Origin: the human T2T-CHM13v2.0 reference genome, Homo sapiens
Assembly (NCBI RefSeq): GCF_009914755.1
Contig: NC_060926.1
Strand: one strand, 5' to 3'
Length of the DNA: 64,000 nt
Both the position numbers and the translations under genes were made by a program. The notes below the pieces were generated by a model, which saw nothing but the letters and a program-made list of their open reading frames with translations, made no database searches and was not told the DNA's origin. Shown piece by piece: positions 30,875-44,885 of this stretch. Each line of letters begins with the position of its first letter. The first letter of the stretch is position 1.

Positions 30875-31760
30875 GGAATTAGGATACTTTTGGTTGCAAG
30901 TAACAAAACAAACAAATGAAGTAAAATGATAACAACTGCAAAACCTTACACTTCCTTACTATGGAAGAAGAATTGGTAGACAAAATTAGAATAGCTTCAG
31001 CCACAGAAAGTATTTTATCTTAATTCCTTTGAAGTTCTCTTAGCTTTGTCCTATGTTGTGTTAGGTTTCTAGTGCTTTCCTAACACAGAACCACAAACTG
31101 GGTGGCATAAAACAAAAGAAATTTGGTTTTTCACTGCTCTGGAGGCTAGAAGTCTGAACTCAAGGTGTTATCAGGGCCATGCTCTCTCTGAAGGCTCTAG
31201 GGGAGAATCTGCTCCATGCCTTTCTCTTAGCTTCTGGTGTTGCCAGCAATCCTTGACATTCTCATCTCTGCCTCCAGCATCATGTGGTATTTGTACTGTG
31301 TGTCAGTCTCTACGTCCCTTCTCTTCTTCTTATGAGGACGCTAATCATATTGGATTAGGACACCCCTTGATGCCATATGACCTCATCTTAACTTGATTAC
31401 ATCTACAAAGTCCTATTTTCGCATAAAGTCACATTCACTGGTACTGAGAGTTAACACTGCAACATAACTCTTGGAAGTGCATAATTCAACCCCCAACATA
31501 ATTACATTCATTCAGACTGACCTCTCCAAAGGCTGTAGTAGTTCTAGGTATCACATACACGCATTCTAAAAACAACTCTGCCCCCTGCCCTTTCATCGCC
31601 ATCTAGAGGAAGACAAAACCTCGTCTCCCTGGTTACGAGAAGAAAGTCCTCGGCTTCATTGTGGTTGGACAAACTTAGGACTCTTGCTCTATTCTAAGGC
31701 TGTCATTTTGGCCCAGGGAATTTGGTTTAGGTCTGCATTACCTGCTTATCTTTGTATGAA
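30875..31760 (-). mobile_element. Old MaLR LTR (MLT1K/L-like) interrupted by MLT1B
   Basis: Starts ttaggatacttttggttgcaagtaacaaaac and resumes in diverged form after 31500. Confidence 0.45.
31057..31498 (-). mobile_element. MLT1B/C-like solo LTR
   Basis: accacaaactgggtggc...ctggaggctagaagtctgaa...ctgaaggctctaggggagaatc...ataattcaacccccaaca. Confidence 0.85.
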
Positions 31761-32544
31761 TCACTTTATTAAGGGGATTGAGGTTTCCCTGTTTCCTTTA
31801 GATGATGTATGTGTTTGTCGGAGAGAGGCAGGACAGCAGGCAGCTGCTACTTGTTCCAACCAAACCTCATGACTGCTACACAAAGATGGAAGATGTTATA
31901 GCATGTACATACACATATGCTGGTGTAATAACTATCATGTCTACTATAAGATATAAGAAGTGGAACTTTCTGTAAATAACTATACCAAGGATCATGAAAA
32001 CAGTCCTGTGTGTGTATGCATATGTACACATTGTGTGTGTGTATGAGTCTGTGTTTAAGCGCACTTCTTGATTTATCCTAAGGCGGATGACTTTAATGTG
32101 TACAGCCCCTATAACTGGTAAGTTCTCTTTTAAGGAGGTAGGTCTGTCCACTGATCTTTCATTTGTTATTATATTAGTTTAGTATATCTTGAGATTATGC
32201 AAATTCTATATTAGCCTAAAAGAATGTTTAGATGAGACATGAGAATAAAACATTATTAGATTTTAAATATATAGATACCAGGTTTTTGAAATTTCCCTAA
32301 GTTTTCCACCTCAAAAAAGTCATCATTTGTGTAAATAATTTTTTATAAAAACTAGAAAAATAATTGTAGTAAAATCATACAATGATAAAATAATGAAATA
32401 TATAAATAAATTTAGTAAGCATGTATAACTGCAGGATACATTAAAATTTTTTCTATTTCTTCCACATGTATTAAAAAATCTAAAGTAGCTAAACATTTCT
32501 AAATCTGTGAATGTCCTTAGATAATTTGTTTTCATGACTATTTA

Positions 32545-33345
32545 GTGACCTAAACCCATATACTCTTTGATTATCATATTGTTTAAAAATTGGTGCTGCT
32601 ATATCAAACTCAAACCAGATGAAAAATAAATTGATGCTGCTAAAATTAATAGTGACAATTTGAATGCCCTAAATACACTCTTACCTGGATGGTAAACACG
32701 CCTTCTTATTCCAGCTGCATTGCATACTACCTGATGCTTGTGGTGCCCTGAACCATTCCATTTTTTAGCTCCTCCTTAGTAGGTTCACACAATTCTGTTC
32801 CCATTAACTGAGTGGGTTGCTAACCTACAGTTTGTTTTGATACCAAACTGTATATGCCAGTTTAATTTATTATTGTAATCTCATAATTTAATTATTATGC
32901 AAATGAATTAAATATGAGTGTGAAAAATGTTTGTTCCAACTATGTGGTCTACTACTAACTTCTGTGCATTTAAATTGATTACTTTGAAAGGTTCAATAAC
33001 CGTAAGTTTCTAAAATCAGCCACTCTCAAAATAGATGTGGGAGACAACTGTAAAGACTGAGAATTGTGTCCTTATGCCAATAGAGTCTATGTACTGATAG
33101 CTTAGAAGTGCCTTTAAATTCCAGTTCCACTTCAAAGCAATTGAAATTGAAAGTCTTATGTGAAGTAATGTAACTGTGATTATGTAAGAAATACAAAGCC
33201 AAACAGTAATCAGTAGATGAACGTTCAGTGAAATGTCTCAGGCTCTATATGCTCTATATGAAATGGTGGTAAATAAATATCATTAAATGTACATTTTGTT
33301 TGTTTCACTTCTAAAAATCATTCTCTGGCATATAAACCTCTCCAA
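32545..33345 (+). mobile_element. Tigger-type (Tigger15a-like) DNA transposon relic
   Basis: Frameshifted remnants of a pogo-family transposase N-terminus: ATGAGTGTGAAA (MSVK, 32914), a GVGETTVKDW-like stretch at 33034-33060, and an ALY-like stretch near 33240. Confidence 0.55.
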
Positions 33346-34170
33346 TCAAGTAATAAGAAATTATTATTACATCAAAAAAGAGTTATCCACTTTCATTAAA
33401 ACATATTCTCAAAGTTTACTTATTAAGTTTTTGGATAAATATATTTTCCATTAAGGAGGGAGTTTTATACACAATACTCAGGTATGCAGAAAATCCAACT
33501 TCTTTATGATACTTGACCTTAATTTTCATGACAGAGCATTGTTTCTCAAGTAGAATAGTTGTATTTTCAGAGTTTTTTTCACCTTTTCCTAATTTTTTAT
33601 CTAAGATCTGAAGACTCCCAGTAAATGGAGGGAGTCTCTTCTTCCAACTGAACATCTGTAAGCCAGCGGTTGCTTCACATAGGCTCCTGCTGCGGTTTCT
33701 TATTTTCTTATTAGATCTTGAAGGTTGTTTAATGAATTTGATTTCATTTGGCGGTTATAAAAATTAAAGAAGATACCTTATTGAAAACGCCTCACATAAT
33801 GCTTGGCATGAATTAGGCCCTCAATATATGTTGTTATTTTTGATGCTTTTATTATTGTTATTAAAATGTAGAGAAACTGGAATCAATAGAAAGAGCTGAA
33901 AATGAGGAATGTGAGAAAAGTCTTTAAAGTATAGAAACATATAGTCATGAAGAAAGTAATATAGGTATGGAAGCTAAGTGTTTGGTTCAGTGATTATATT
34001 CTGCTACTAACTTCTGTTTCTGTCCATTTAAATAAGCTCCTAATTTAAATTTATGGCATGTATAAAACCTTACCTTTTTAGTGTCAGCAAAATGATAACT
34101 CATGAGTGCTAACTCCTCTCCTTCTATTTGCCCTTTCAAAGTAAGGCCATAAAGTTTTGGAATGTATTAA

Positions 34171-34482
<312 letters not shown>

Positions 34483-35149
34483 AATTGTATTATTTTTGTT
34501 GGATTGCTGGTAGTGTTATTGGTGACATTTAGACTTCAGAGAGTAAACGGTGAATTGCAAAACAAAAATAAAATTGTATGATTGAGACAGCAATATATCC
34601 ACTGATATATCCACATTCCACATAAACCTGTTGAGCATCTTTATCTCTGTTAATTTTTCCAAATGATGGAATAGCTTCAAAAGATGTCCAGAAAGGCTTA
34701 TCAGGACATCAAAAACTAGCCTCAGCAAAGTCTAACAACCTAACCAAAGGTAGAATTCAGAACCTTGTAGTGTTACTGTCAAAAGGCCCCAATCTTCGTT
34801 TCTACTACAATAATAATTTAAATACCAAGTAATATTTATATATTAATTTTAGAGCTCTGTGTACATTTTACTATTGACATCGTGGTATTTTGGATTTTTT
34901 ACGTTATATCATTTTGGCTATAATGTCAATATAATTTAAAATGGTATTACCACTTAGCTTCAAGGGCAACAATTCTTTAGTTCTGATCAAAGTACAGTTT
35001 TTCCATAGTTTTATAAATTTGGCTTGTAGGAAAACATGAATCTCAGGAGGGATTTTTATTTAGACTTGGGTCTATGGTCTAGCCATGCCTGGTTCACAAA
35101 ATGTGGTCGGTCATTTCATTTGCCCCAGAAACTACACTTCGGAAAGAAA

Positions 35150-38100
35150 GAAAAGGGGCTTCATCATGGCCAATTAGAGGCATCTCTGACTTGCCCTCTT
35201 CCACTAAAAAGAACTAAAATAGTGAGCAGATAATTACACTTCAAATAGATCATCCACAACAGAACGCTGGAATTCAACAGAGAAATGACAGGAAACATCC
35301 AAAGCAAAGAAAGTAAGGAAGCAAAGAAGCCTGCTTGTCTGGGATTCACTGGGAGCTGGGAGAGACTCCCCAGTGTGGGGAAAGGGTAGATGAGAGAACC
35401 CCCACAGTGGTATACATTTCTGCCATGGACTTCTATAATCCTGGCCATGGGAGATCCCTTTACCCTCACGGGCCATGAGACTAACACAGGGAGCTCCCTC
35501 AAAAACTGCAGTAAGGCATTGCACCAGAGAGAGAGCTCATGTGGGTTTCCACAGTCCCCTTATTCCTGGGCAGTGGTAGCATGATGCCATTTTGAGAGCC
35601 CAGCCAACTCCTGCCCTGCAACTGGAGCCAAAGAAGCAGCCATAAGAAGCAATCCCGCCCCCTGAGCAGAGGGGCAGCTGCACATTCTCATACACCCTGA
35701 AGACAAATACCACTGCCCACAACAACTGTGGCTACAGATTGTTGTGGGTTGAGGTGCAGGCAAAACCCACACCCTCGCAGCTGCCTGCCTATGGCTCCTC
35801 CAGGGAAATAAACTTTGCCCTCCCTAGGAGCAGGGCCACAATGTAGCTACTGCCACTTTCACCTGAGCAATTTGCCAGTGGCCTGGGGCTCATCTTGCTC
35901 CTGCATAACAGAGCCAGTGTCTTACACACCATCCGAGGGACTGAAAGCACAATGTGACTTGGCCCCATAACCCCCGTACCTTAGCACACCATTGAAGGGT
36001 CTTGGGATTGCCCAGCCCAGTCCACCACTGGTGGCACCTAAGCACTTTTTTGAGTGTCTGAGGTTGGGCCCACTTAACTTGCCCATACCACCACAACTGT
36101 TACCCACCTGTGTGTACCACATGCAGGTCTGGGAATCAGCTCGCCTAACTATAGTCAAAAACAGCATGGACCAGTTGCGTCCCAGGGGTTTGTCCCACCA
36201 CTGCTACTGCCATTGTCAATGTCATACCAACCACCCAGGCACTTGAGAACCTGCCCGTACACCAGGCCCACTGCTGCCATTCCCAGCATCTGAGCAACCC
36301 ACCTGGAAGCTCAAGAATCAGCCTGCCTGGACCCATGAACGCCAGTGCCAATGTGCAGCACCCTGCACCCTGGAGCCATTACAAAGGCATCCTTAGCTCA
36401 CCACTGCCACCATGGGTACCTGAAGTTTGGCCTACTTGGAGTCCCAGACCCCAGCAAAACTACAGACACCAGGAGACACCCTAAGCCACTAAGAAAATCA
36501 TGGACACCACTGGTGCTATTTTACAGCCAAAAGAATCATACAGAGACTATACAACTGCATACACCCAGATTCAAAGCCACAGTGCTCTACCCAACCAGCA
36601 CCATAGATATATCTTCAAGAAAAAGTCCTCCTCTATGAAAGCTAATTCAAAAAATTAGAAGAAGCAACTGTTATACCGGATGCACAGACATCAACATAAG
36701 GAAAAAAAAACATGAAAAAAAAAAAAAAGAAAATATGTCACTTTCAAAGGAACAAAATAAATATCCAGCAATAGATCCCAATTAAAAATAAATTCATGAG
36801 ATCTCAGAAAAAAATTTAAAAATTGACATTAAAGAAGCTCAGCGAGATACAAAATTCCCCCCAATAATAATAATAAGAAGAAGAAACTAGAAAAACAATT
36901 CAGGATAGGAATAAGAAATTTACCAGAGAGATAGATTACTTAAAAAAAGAATCAAACAGTAAATCTGGAACTGAGGAATTCATTGACTTAAATACTAAAC
37001 CTGTTAGAAGCCTTAAACAATAAATTAGATGAAGCAGAAGAAACAATCTCAGAACTTGAGACAGGTGTTTTGAAATAATCCAGCCAAACAAAAATAAAGA
37101 AAAAAAAAGAATAAAAATGGATGAACAAACCCTTCATAACATATGGGACACCAAAAAGTCAATATTCAAATATTCAAATTACCATAAATATTCAAATCAT
37201 TGGGGTCCCAGAAGGAGAAAGAGAATAGGTTTTCTATTTTGTTAAATAGAATGCCTATTAAACAAAATAATAGATGAAATCTTCCCAAGTCTAGCAAGAT
37301 ATTTAGACATCTAGATACCAGAAGCCCGGAGACCCCCCTAAACAGATACAATGCAAAAAGCTCTTCTCTATGGCATGTTATAATCAACTGTCTAAAGGCA
37401 AAGAAGACAGCAAAAGTTTCTAGTCACGCATGAAGGAGACCATGTCAGACTAATAGTAGATTTCTCAAAAGAAATTTTACAGGCCAGGAGAGAGTGGGAT
37501 ATATTCAGATGCTGAAAGAAAATAAAAGACTGTTAGCCAAAGATACATTATCCAGCAAAATTATCCGGTATAAATTATGGAAAAATAAAGACTTTTTCAG
37601 ACAAGCAAAGTCTGAGGAAATTCATCCTCACTAGACCAGCCCTTTAAGGAACGCTCAAAAGACCCCTAAACCTGGAAGCAAAGGATGACATCTATCATCA
37701 TGTAAACACATGAATATAAAAAACTCACTGGTAAAGTAAGCATGCAAATGAAGAAGAGAAAGAATGCAAATGGTACCACTAGAGAAAACCACCAAACTAC
37801 AATGACAAGCAGTAAGAAAAAAAGAAAAACAACAACACCAACAACAAATAATATACAAAACAACCAGAAAATACTTAGCAAAATGAGAAGAAAATCCCTC
37901 ATATCAATAATATCCTTGAATTAAATTTTCCGTTTAAAAGATATCTCATGGTTGAATAAAGATAATATAATCCAAGTATATGCTGCCTGCAGGAAACAAA
38001 CATACCTTATCTTTAAAGAAACATATAGACTAAAAGTAAAGGGATGAAAAAATATATTTCATGCAGATGGAAACTAAAAATGACCAGGAGGAATTATACA

Positions 38101-41100
38101 TGTATATATCACATAAGAAATAATTTAAGTCAAAAAACAGTGAAAAAAAGACAAAGACGATTATTATATAGCGATAAAGGATGAATCCAGCATGAGGATA
38201 TAACAATTCTAAATATATATGCCCCAATATTGGAACATCCAAATTCACAAAACAAATATTACTAGATCAGAAGAGCGAGAGACTCTAATACAATAATAGC
38301 GCAGGACTATAACACTCCACTCAGTATTTGGATAGATCATCTAGACAGAAAATCAACAAAGAAATCCCATTGGATTTTTTGTTCTAAACTTTATACCAAT
38401 GGACCTAAGAGACATCTACAGAACACTTTATCTACCAAACACAGAATACTCATTTTTGTCATCAGCACATAGAACATTCTTTAAGATAAAGTATATGTTA
38501 GTCTACAAAACAAGTCTCAATAAATTTTGTAAAAGGATAATCATATCGAGCATCTTCTTAGACCAAAATGGAATAAAACTGTAAATCCATACCAAAAGGA
38601 ACATTGGAAACTCTACAAATACATAGAAATTAAACAACATGCTTCTGAATGACTGTTGGGTCAATATTAAAATTAAGATGAAAACCGAAATATTTCTTGA
38701 AACAAATTAAAATGGAAACAAAACATACTAAAATTTATGGGCTATAGCAAGTAGTGCTAAGACAAAAGGTTGTAGCAATAAACATCCATATCAAAAGGAG
38801 AAATATGTTAAATAAGCAATCTAACACTGTACCTCAAAAAACAAGAAAAGCAAAAACAAACCAAACCCCAAATTAGCAGAAGGAAAGAATAAAGATCAAA
38901 TCATAATTAAATGAAATAAGAAGGTCTGAACAAACAATAAAAAGGGTCAATGAAATGAAAAATTGGTTCTTCCAAAAGATAAACAAAATTGATACATTGC
39001 TAGCTAGATTATTTAAGAAAAGACAGAAGAAAACCCAAATAAAATCAGAAATGAAAAAGGAGGCATTACATTTGCTATGACAAGAATTAAAAAGGTCATC
39101 AGAATCTATTACAAACAACTAAGAAAACAAACTGGAAAATATAGAGGAAATAGATACATTTCTAGGAACATACAACCTACCAAGATTGAATTAGGAAGAA
39201 ACAGTAAACATAAACAGACAGGTACTAAGGAATGAGATCAAATCATTAATAAAATGTCTCCCCAAAGTGAAAAGCTGAGGGTTGGATGGATTCACTGTCA
39301 ATTTCTACCAAACTTATAAAGAAGAACTAATACCAGTTCCCTCAAACTTTCAAAAAAATTGAAGAAGAGAGAATTCTCCATAACTCACTCTCTGAGGCCA
39401 GCACTACCTTGGTACCAAAAGTGGACAAGGACACATTAACAACAACAAAAATTTGCATGCCAATATCCTTAATGAACATAGATGCAAAAACTCTCAAAAA
39501 ATAGTGGCTGAACAAATACAACAGCACATCAAAAATATAATACACCATGATCAATTATTGTTTATACCAAAAATGAAAGAAGGTTCAACATTTACAAATC
39601 ATTGTGCTATATCACATCAACAGAATGGAGGGTAAAAATCATATGGCTATCTCAATAGATGCAGAAAAAAACATTTAATAAAACTCAACACTACTTTATG
39701 ATAAAAACTCTCAACAAACTAGGCATACAAAGAAAATAACTCAAAATAATGAAGACCATGTAATGCAAACCCACAGTTAACATGCTACTGAATGGGGAAA
39801 TGTTGGAAGTCTTTCCTCTAAGAACTGGAACGTAGCACTGAAAGTCCTACCCAGAGCAATCAGGAAAGAGAAAGAGATAAAAGGCATGCAAGGTGGAATG
39901 GAGTAGTCAAATTGTTGCTCTTTATAGATAAGATGATCTCATATTTAGAAAAATCAAAATACTCTGCTAAAAAGCTCTTAGAACAGATAAACAATTTCAG
40001 TAAAGTTGCAGGATGCTAAATTAACATACAAAAATCAGTAGTGTTTATATACGCCAATAATGAAATAGCTGAAAAAGCAATCAAGAAGGCAATCTCATTT
40101 ATAATAGTTATAAAAAATACCTGGAAGTAAATTTTACAAAGGAGATGAAAGATTTGTACAAAGAAAACTACAAAACCGTAATAAAGGAAATTGAAGAGGA
40201 TACAAACAAATGGAAAGATATCCCATGCCCACGGATTGAAAGAATTAATATCATTAACATGACCATACTACTGAAAGCAATCTATAGATTCAATACAATC
40301 CCTTTCAAAATATCAGTCATTTTTCACAAAAGTAGAAAAAAATCCTGAAATTCATATGGAATAAAAAAAGAGCCAGAAAAGCCAAAGCAATCCTGGGCAA
40401 AAAGAACAAAACTGAAAGTCATCACATTACCTGACTTGAAAATATATTATGGGTTACAGTAACCAAAACAGCATGCCACTAGTATAAAAATAGACATGTA
40501 GACCAGTGGAACAGAATAGAAAACCCATAAAAGGATTCATATATTTACAGCTGACTGATCTTCATAAAAGCTGTCAAGGACATACATTGGAGAAAGGACG
40601 CCCTCTTCAATAAATGGGGCTGGGAAAACTGGTTAACCATATGCAGAAGAATGAAACTAGACCGCTATCTCTCACCATATACAAAATCAACTCAAGATGG
40701 ATTAAATACTTAAACATAGACCTGAAACAATTAAACAACTAGAAGAAAACACAGGGAAAACTCTTCAGGACATTGGTCAAGGCAAAGATTTTATGGCTAA
40801 GACCTCAAAGGCACAGGCAACAAAGCAAAAAATAGACAAATGGAATTATATTAAACTAAACAGCATCTGTGCAGAGAAAGAAACAATCAACAGAGTGAAG
40901 AAACAGCCTCTTGAATGGGAGAAAATATTTGTAAACTACTCATCCAACGGGATTAATATCCATGATTTCAAGGAACTCAGTAGTAAAACAAAAACAAACA
41001 ATAACAACAACGAAAAACAAACAAAAACCCATTAAAAGTGGGCAAAGGACATGAATGGACATGTCTCAAAAGGAGACATACAAATGACTAACAGGTATAT

Positions 41101-42035
41101 GAAGAAATGCTGAACATCACCAATCATCAGGGAAACACAAATCAAAACCACAATGAGTTATCAGTTTGAATGGCTATTTAAAAAGACAGAAAATAACAGA
41201 TGTTGGTGAGGCTACGGAGGAAAGCGAACTCTGATACCCTGTTTTTGAGAATGCAAATTAGTACAGCCGTTATGTAAAACATTATGAAAATTCTGGTAAA
41301 ACTAAAAATAGAGCTACTATATGATCCAGCAATACTTTTCCTTTGGTATTTATCCAGAGGAAAATAAATTAATATATCAAAGGGATACATGCACTCCCAT
41401 GATTATTTCAATGCTATTCACAATAGCAAAAATATGGAATCAACCTAACTATATATCAATGGATAAATGGATAAAGAAAATGTGATACATATACACAGTG
41501 GAATACTATTTAGATATAAAAATGGATGAAATTATGTCATTTGTAGTAACATGGATGGAACTAGGTACCATTATGTTAACTGAAATAAGCCAGACACAGA
41601 AAGACAAATATTGCATGTTGTTACTCATATGCGGGAGCTAAAAAAGCAGATCACATGGAGGCAGAGAGCGGAACGAAAGGTAACAGAGACTGGGAAGTAT
41701 GTAAGTGTGTGTGTGGTGGGGTGGTTAGATAAAGAGAGAGCTGTTAATGGGTACCAACATACGGTTAGATAGAAGGAATAAGTTCTAATGCTTGATAGCA
41801 GAGTAGGATGACTATAGTTAAAAATAATGTATTCATTTTTCAAAATAGATAGAAGACCTGAAATGTACCCAACCCCTAGAAATGATAAATACTTGGGTGA
41901 TGGATTAATATCCCAATTACCCTGAATTGATCATTATACATAGTGCACAAGTAACAAAATTTCTCATGTACCCTATGAATAAGTACAAATGTGAGGTATC
42001 AAACTTTTTTTAAAAATTAAAAAATTAAAAATAAA
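35150..42035 (+). mobile_element. Near full-length old L1 (L1MA3/4-like), both ORFs disrupted
   Basis: GC-richer 5'UTR (35150-36600), ORF1 remnants (~36640-37700), ORF2 remnants (e.g. MDLRDIYRT, KDLYKENYKT...KWKDIPC), an L1MA-type 3'UTR and an A-rich tail. Possible decayed TSD at 35130-35142 / 42033-42045. Confidence 0.93.
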
Positions 42036-43134
42036 TACTCTTGGGGTTTAATATATAAGCAACTTTTTTCTCCACTTTCCTTTAGTTTTCTAGAAGTATC
42101 AAAGGAAAATTTTAAGCTATGAATAATTAATTTTCTGGGTGTTTCCACCTTGAATGAAGAGATGAGGAGGTAGAACTTACATGAGAAACTCTAAGATTTC
42201 TCCTGGGTGTGGGGTTTTCAGATGCTCCCTTGACTAATAAACACACGCAAGTTTTTAGTTTTTTTTTTTTTTAACTTACTTTCAGGATTTTGTAGAATTG
42301 TGGAGACCTGTGTGTAAATGAGATAAACTATTATTGTATCTGAGAGAGTGCAATGTTGTAAATGTAATAGAAAAAAAAAGAAAAAGATGTATATATAGGC
42401 TGGAATCCATATTTTCTTGGGCATAAAAAGGAAATGAAATTAGAAAAAGAGCATGAAAATGAAAATGGTGTGTAGAGAGATTAGAGAAGAGCTAGGAAAG
42501 TGGACAAACATAAGACTAAGTCAAAGTTTTTGAGGAAGGAAGAATTGTCAGTAAGATTAAAGAAGAGAGGCTATGATAGAGAAGAGCTCAAAAAAGATCG
42601 TTGCCTTGATTAATCACAAAGTCTACCTAACTTGCTAGAGTGCAGCTCTTGCGTAATACGGTGTTTCCTTGATAAAGATAAGTATTATGTGAACTATAAG
42701 AAAGTTGGGTTTAGGAGCCTTTTTCACGGTAGCCTACTGATGTTAAGTAACAAATTCTAAATGTTTTGGCTTCCCCATAATAAGAAACTTTGCCACGGGC
42801 AAAGTGGTTAAAAATATTAAAACTGTGGAATAGAGTAAACTCCTTAGCTTGGTTATTATATTTCATTTCTAGGTAGTTGAAAAGGCAAGCAGAATAATGG
42901 CAAACTGGTTTTGATAGCAAGAAATCTACCAGAGGAGAAAAACAGGGAAGCAGTAAAGAGCAAGTGGTTAATGATGTAAACAATGAAAGGAACACCTCCA
43001 AATCTCTAGTGTAATGTGGGATCTCAAATATTTATTAAAATAAAAGTTACATGACCCTAGTAAGAGAAGAGTGACTCACATCAGAATAAAGGGTTGGAAA
43101 ATGTATGGAGCTATTTTAAGGAAAAAGGGCAATT

Positions 43135-43277
43135 CATGATGTGCTTATTTCATATTGCATGCCTGTATCAAAACATCTAATCTACCTCACAAATATATAC
43201 ATCTACTATGTATCCACAAAACTAAAAAGATTTTTAATAAAAATAGTTTTTTACAAATTAAAAAAATTAAAAAAGAA
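43135..43277 (+). mobile_element. Short L1MA1/2-like 3' end
   Basis: catgatgtgcttatttcatattgcatgcctgtatcaaaacatc followed by an A tail; decayed TSD AAAAGGGCAATT/GAAGAGCAACT. Confidence 0.8.
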
Positions 43278-44414
43278 GAGCAACTACTGAGTAAAGTTTA
43301 TAAAATACTGGTAAGAAAGAAACAGGAAAGCAAAATGTTACTTATTATTCCTCATGGACTCATGCATTGCCACTTTTTATTTATTTCTGCTTTATTAGTT
43401 TTTTCATTGATTTTATAAGTCATTAAGCCACTACCATAAATAATTCTGCTTTATTTGTAATGTGATTAATTATGCTGATAAAAATTTTTTGAAGGCTGCT
43501 AAGAAAGCTGTGCATATATTCAGAGTCCCCCCTACCTACTAATATTAGGGAACATCTTATATTCTTACACAGATTAAACAAACAGATCTGATTTCTTACC
43601 TTTCTGTTACAATAATTGAATTATGAGAAGCAGAAATGACCTGACACATGAACTATTAGAACCACATTTCATACAGTGCCAGAGATAATTTTACTTGCCA
43701 AATTAATTCAGTTGGCTCCGTTATGAGTTCTACTACATGGATGATAAACAGGTGAAAGTGCTATAAACAAAAGATAATGATAAATGGCAGTGTATCAAGA
43801 GGGAGGTGTAGCGATGTCAAATGAAATGTCACTGAAGTCAGTGCTAACCAGACTGACTTCACAACTTCACAGTCTGGTACACGAAGAGAACAATACAATG
43901 AGTGGAATTAACAAGCATGCAAGAGTCTCTTTCCTGTGACACAAGGATGGCTAAGGAAGAATAACAGAGAGGAGGAGGACGGGTTCGTAACTGCGGAAAA
44001 TCTTAGTTTTTATATTCTTCACTGAAAAGGAAAAATGAATCATTCCAAAAGGTAACAAGAAATTATACTGCAGCAAAAATTTTAATACAGGCTGAAAGTT
44101 TTGAGACATATGTAAATGAATGTGAACTACTTTACAGTGTTCTAGCACATAGTAAAGACGGAAAACACATTACATATTTATGTTATCATAGTCAAAAGGT
44201 TGTTGTCATGTTGGGAACAAAATGATTTCCTAAGAAAAGGAACATATGATTTTTTCCGCCAACTCGCAGCTGCATTTCCCTAAGTCTCATCAAACTACAT
44301 GTAATTAAGGGATCAAAGTAGTGGATAAATTATAACATTTGAGCTATTTTGAAATAATACTTATTGGAGGGGGCAGGCTATTTATCTTTTTATACAAGCA
44401 TTGTGATATGGTGA

Positions 44415-44575
44415 ATGTGTATATATATATATATGAAATATATATTTATTTATTTTATATATTATATATATTTAGTTATACATTACATATATGTGTGAAA
44501 TATATAAATTTAATATTTATACATTACATATATGTGTGAAATATATATACGTATATATATAAATATATATATATA
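44415..44575. repeat. (TA)n-rich low complexity
   Basis: Read directly; contains two copies of TACATTACATATATGTGTGAAATATATA. Confidence 0.9.
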
Positions 44576-44679
44576 GTCATTTAACAAATTTTTACTGTGA
44601 TTTTAGTTGAGAATGGAACAGGACATAGACAGACATGGCCCCTGCCTGCATAGAGCTTCGTGTCTCAGAGGGCAGAGGG

Positions 44680-44885
44680 TCCTGAGTTTGAATTCTAGCC
44701 ATGCTGCTATGTTACAGAGTAAATTCTGGCCAGATACTAAAACTTAAGGAGATACAGGTTTTTTGTTTGTTTATTTTTTGTTTTTTATATGTGAATTAGG
44801 GCTAAAAGTACTTACTCCTTATGGTTATTGTGAGGATTTAATGAAATAAAATGTATTATGCCTCATATTTATCATATAGTAGACA
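44680..44885 (+). mobile_element. MIR
   Basis: cctgagtttgaattctagccatgc...ggttattgtgaggatttaatgaaataa. Confidence 0.7.

Noticed and set aside
35036-41843. Many ORFs on both strands
   Set aside because: They lie in the L1 5'UTR and broken ORF1/ORF2; none is intact.
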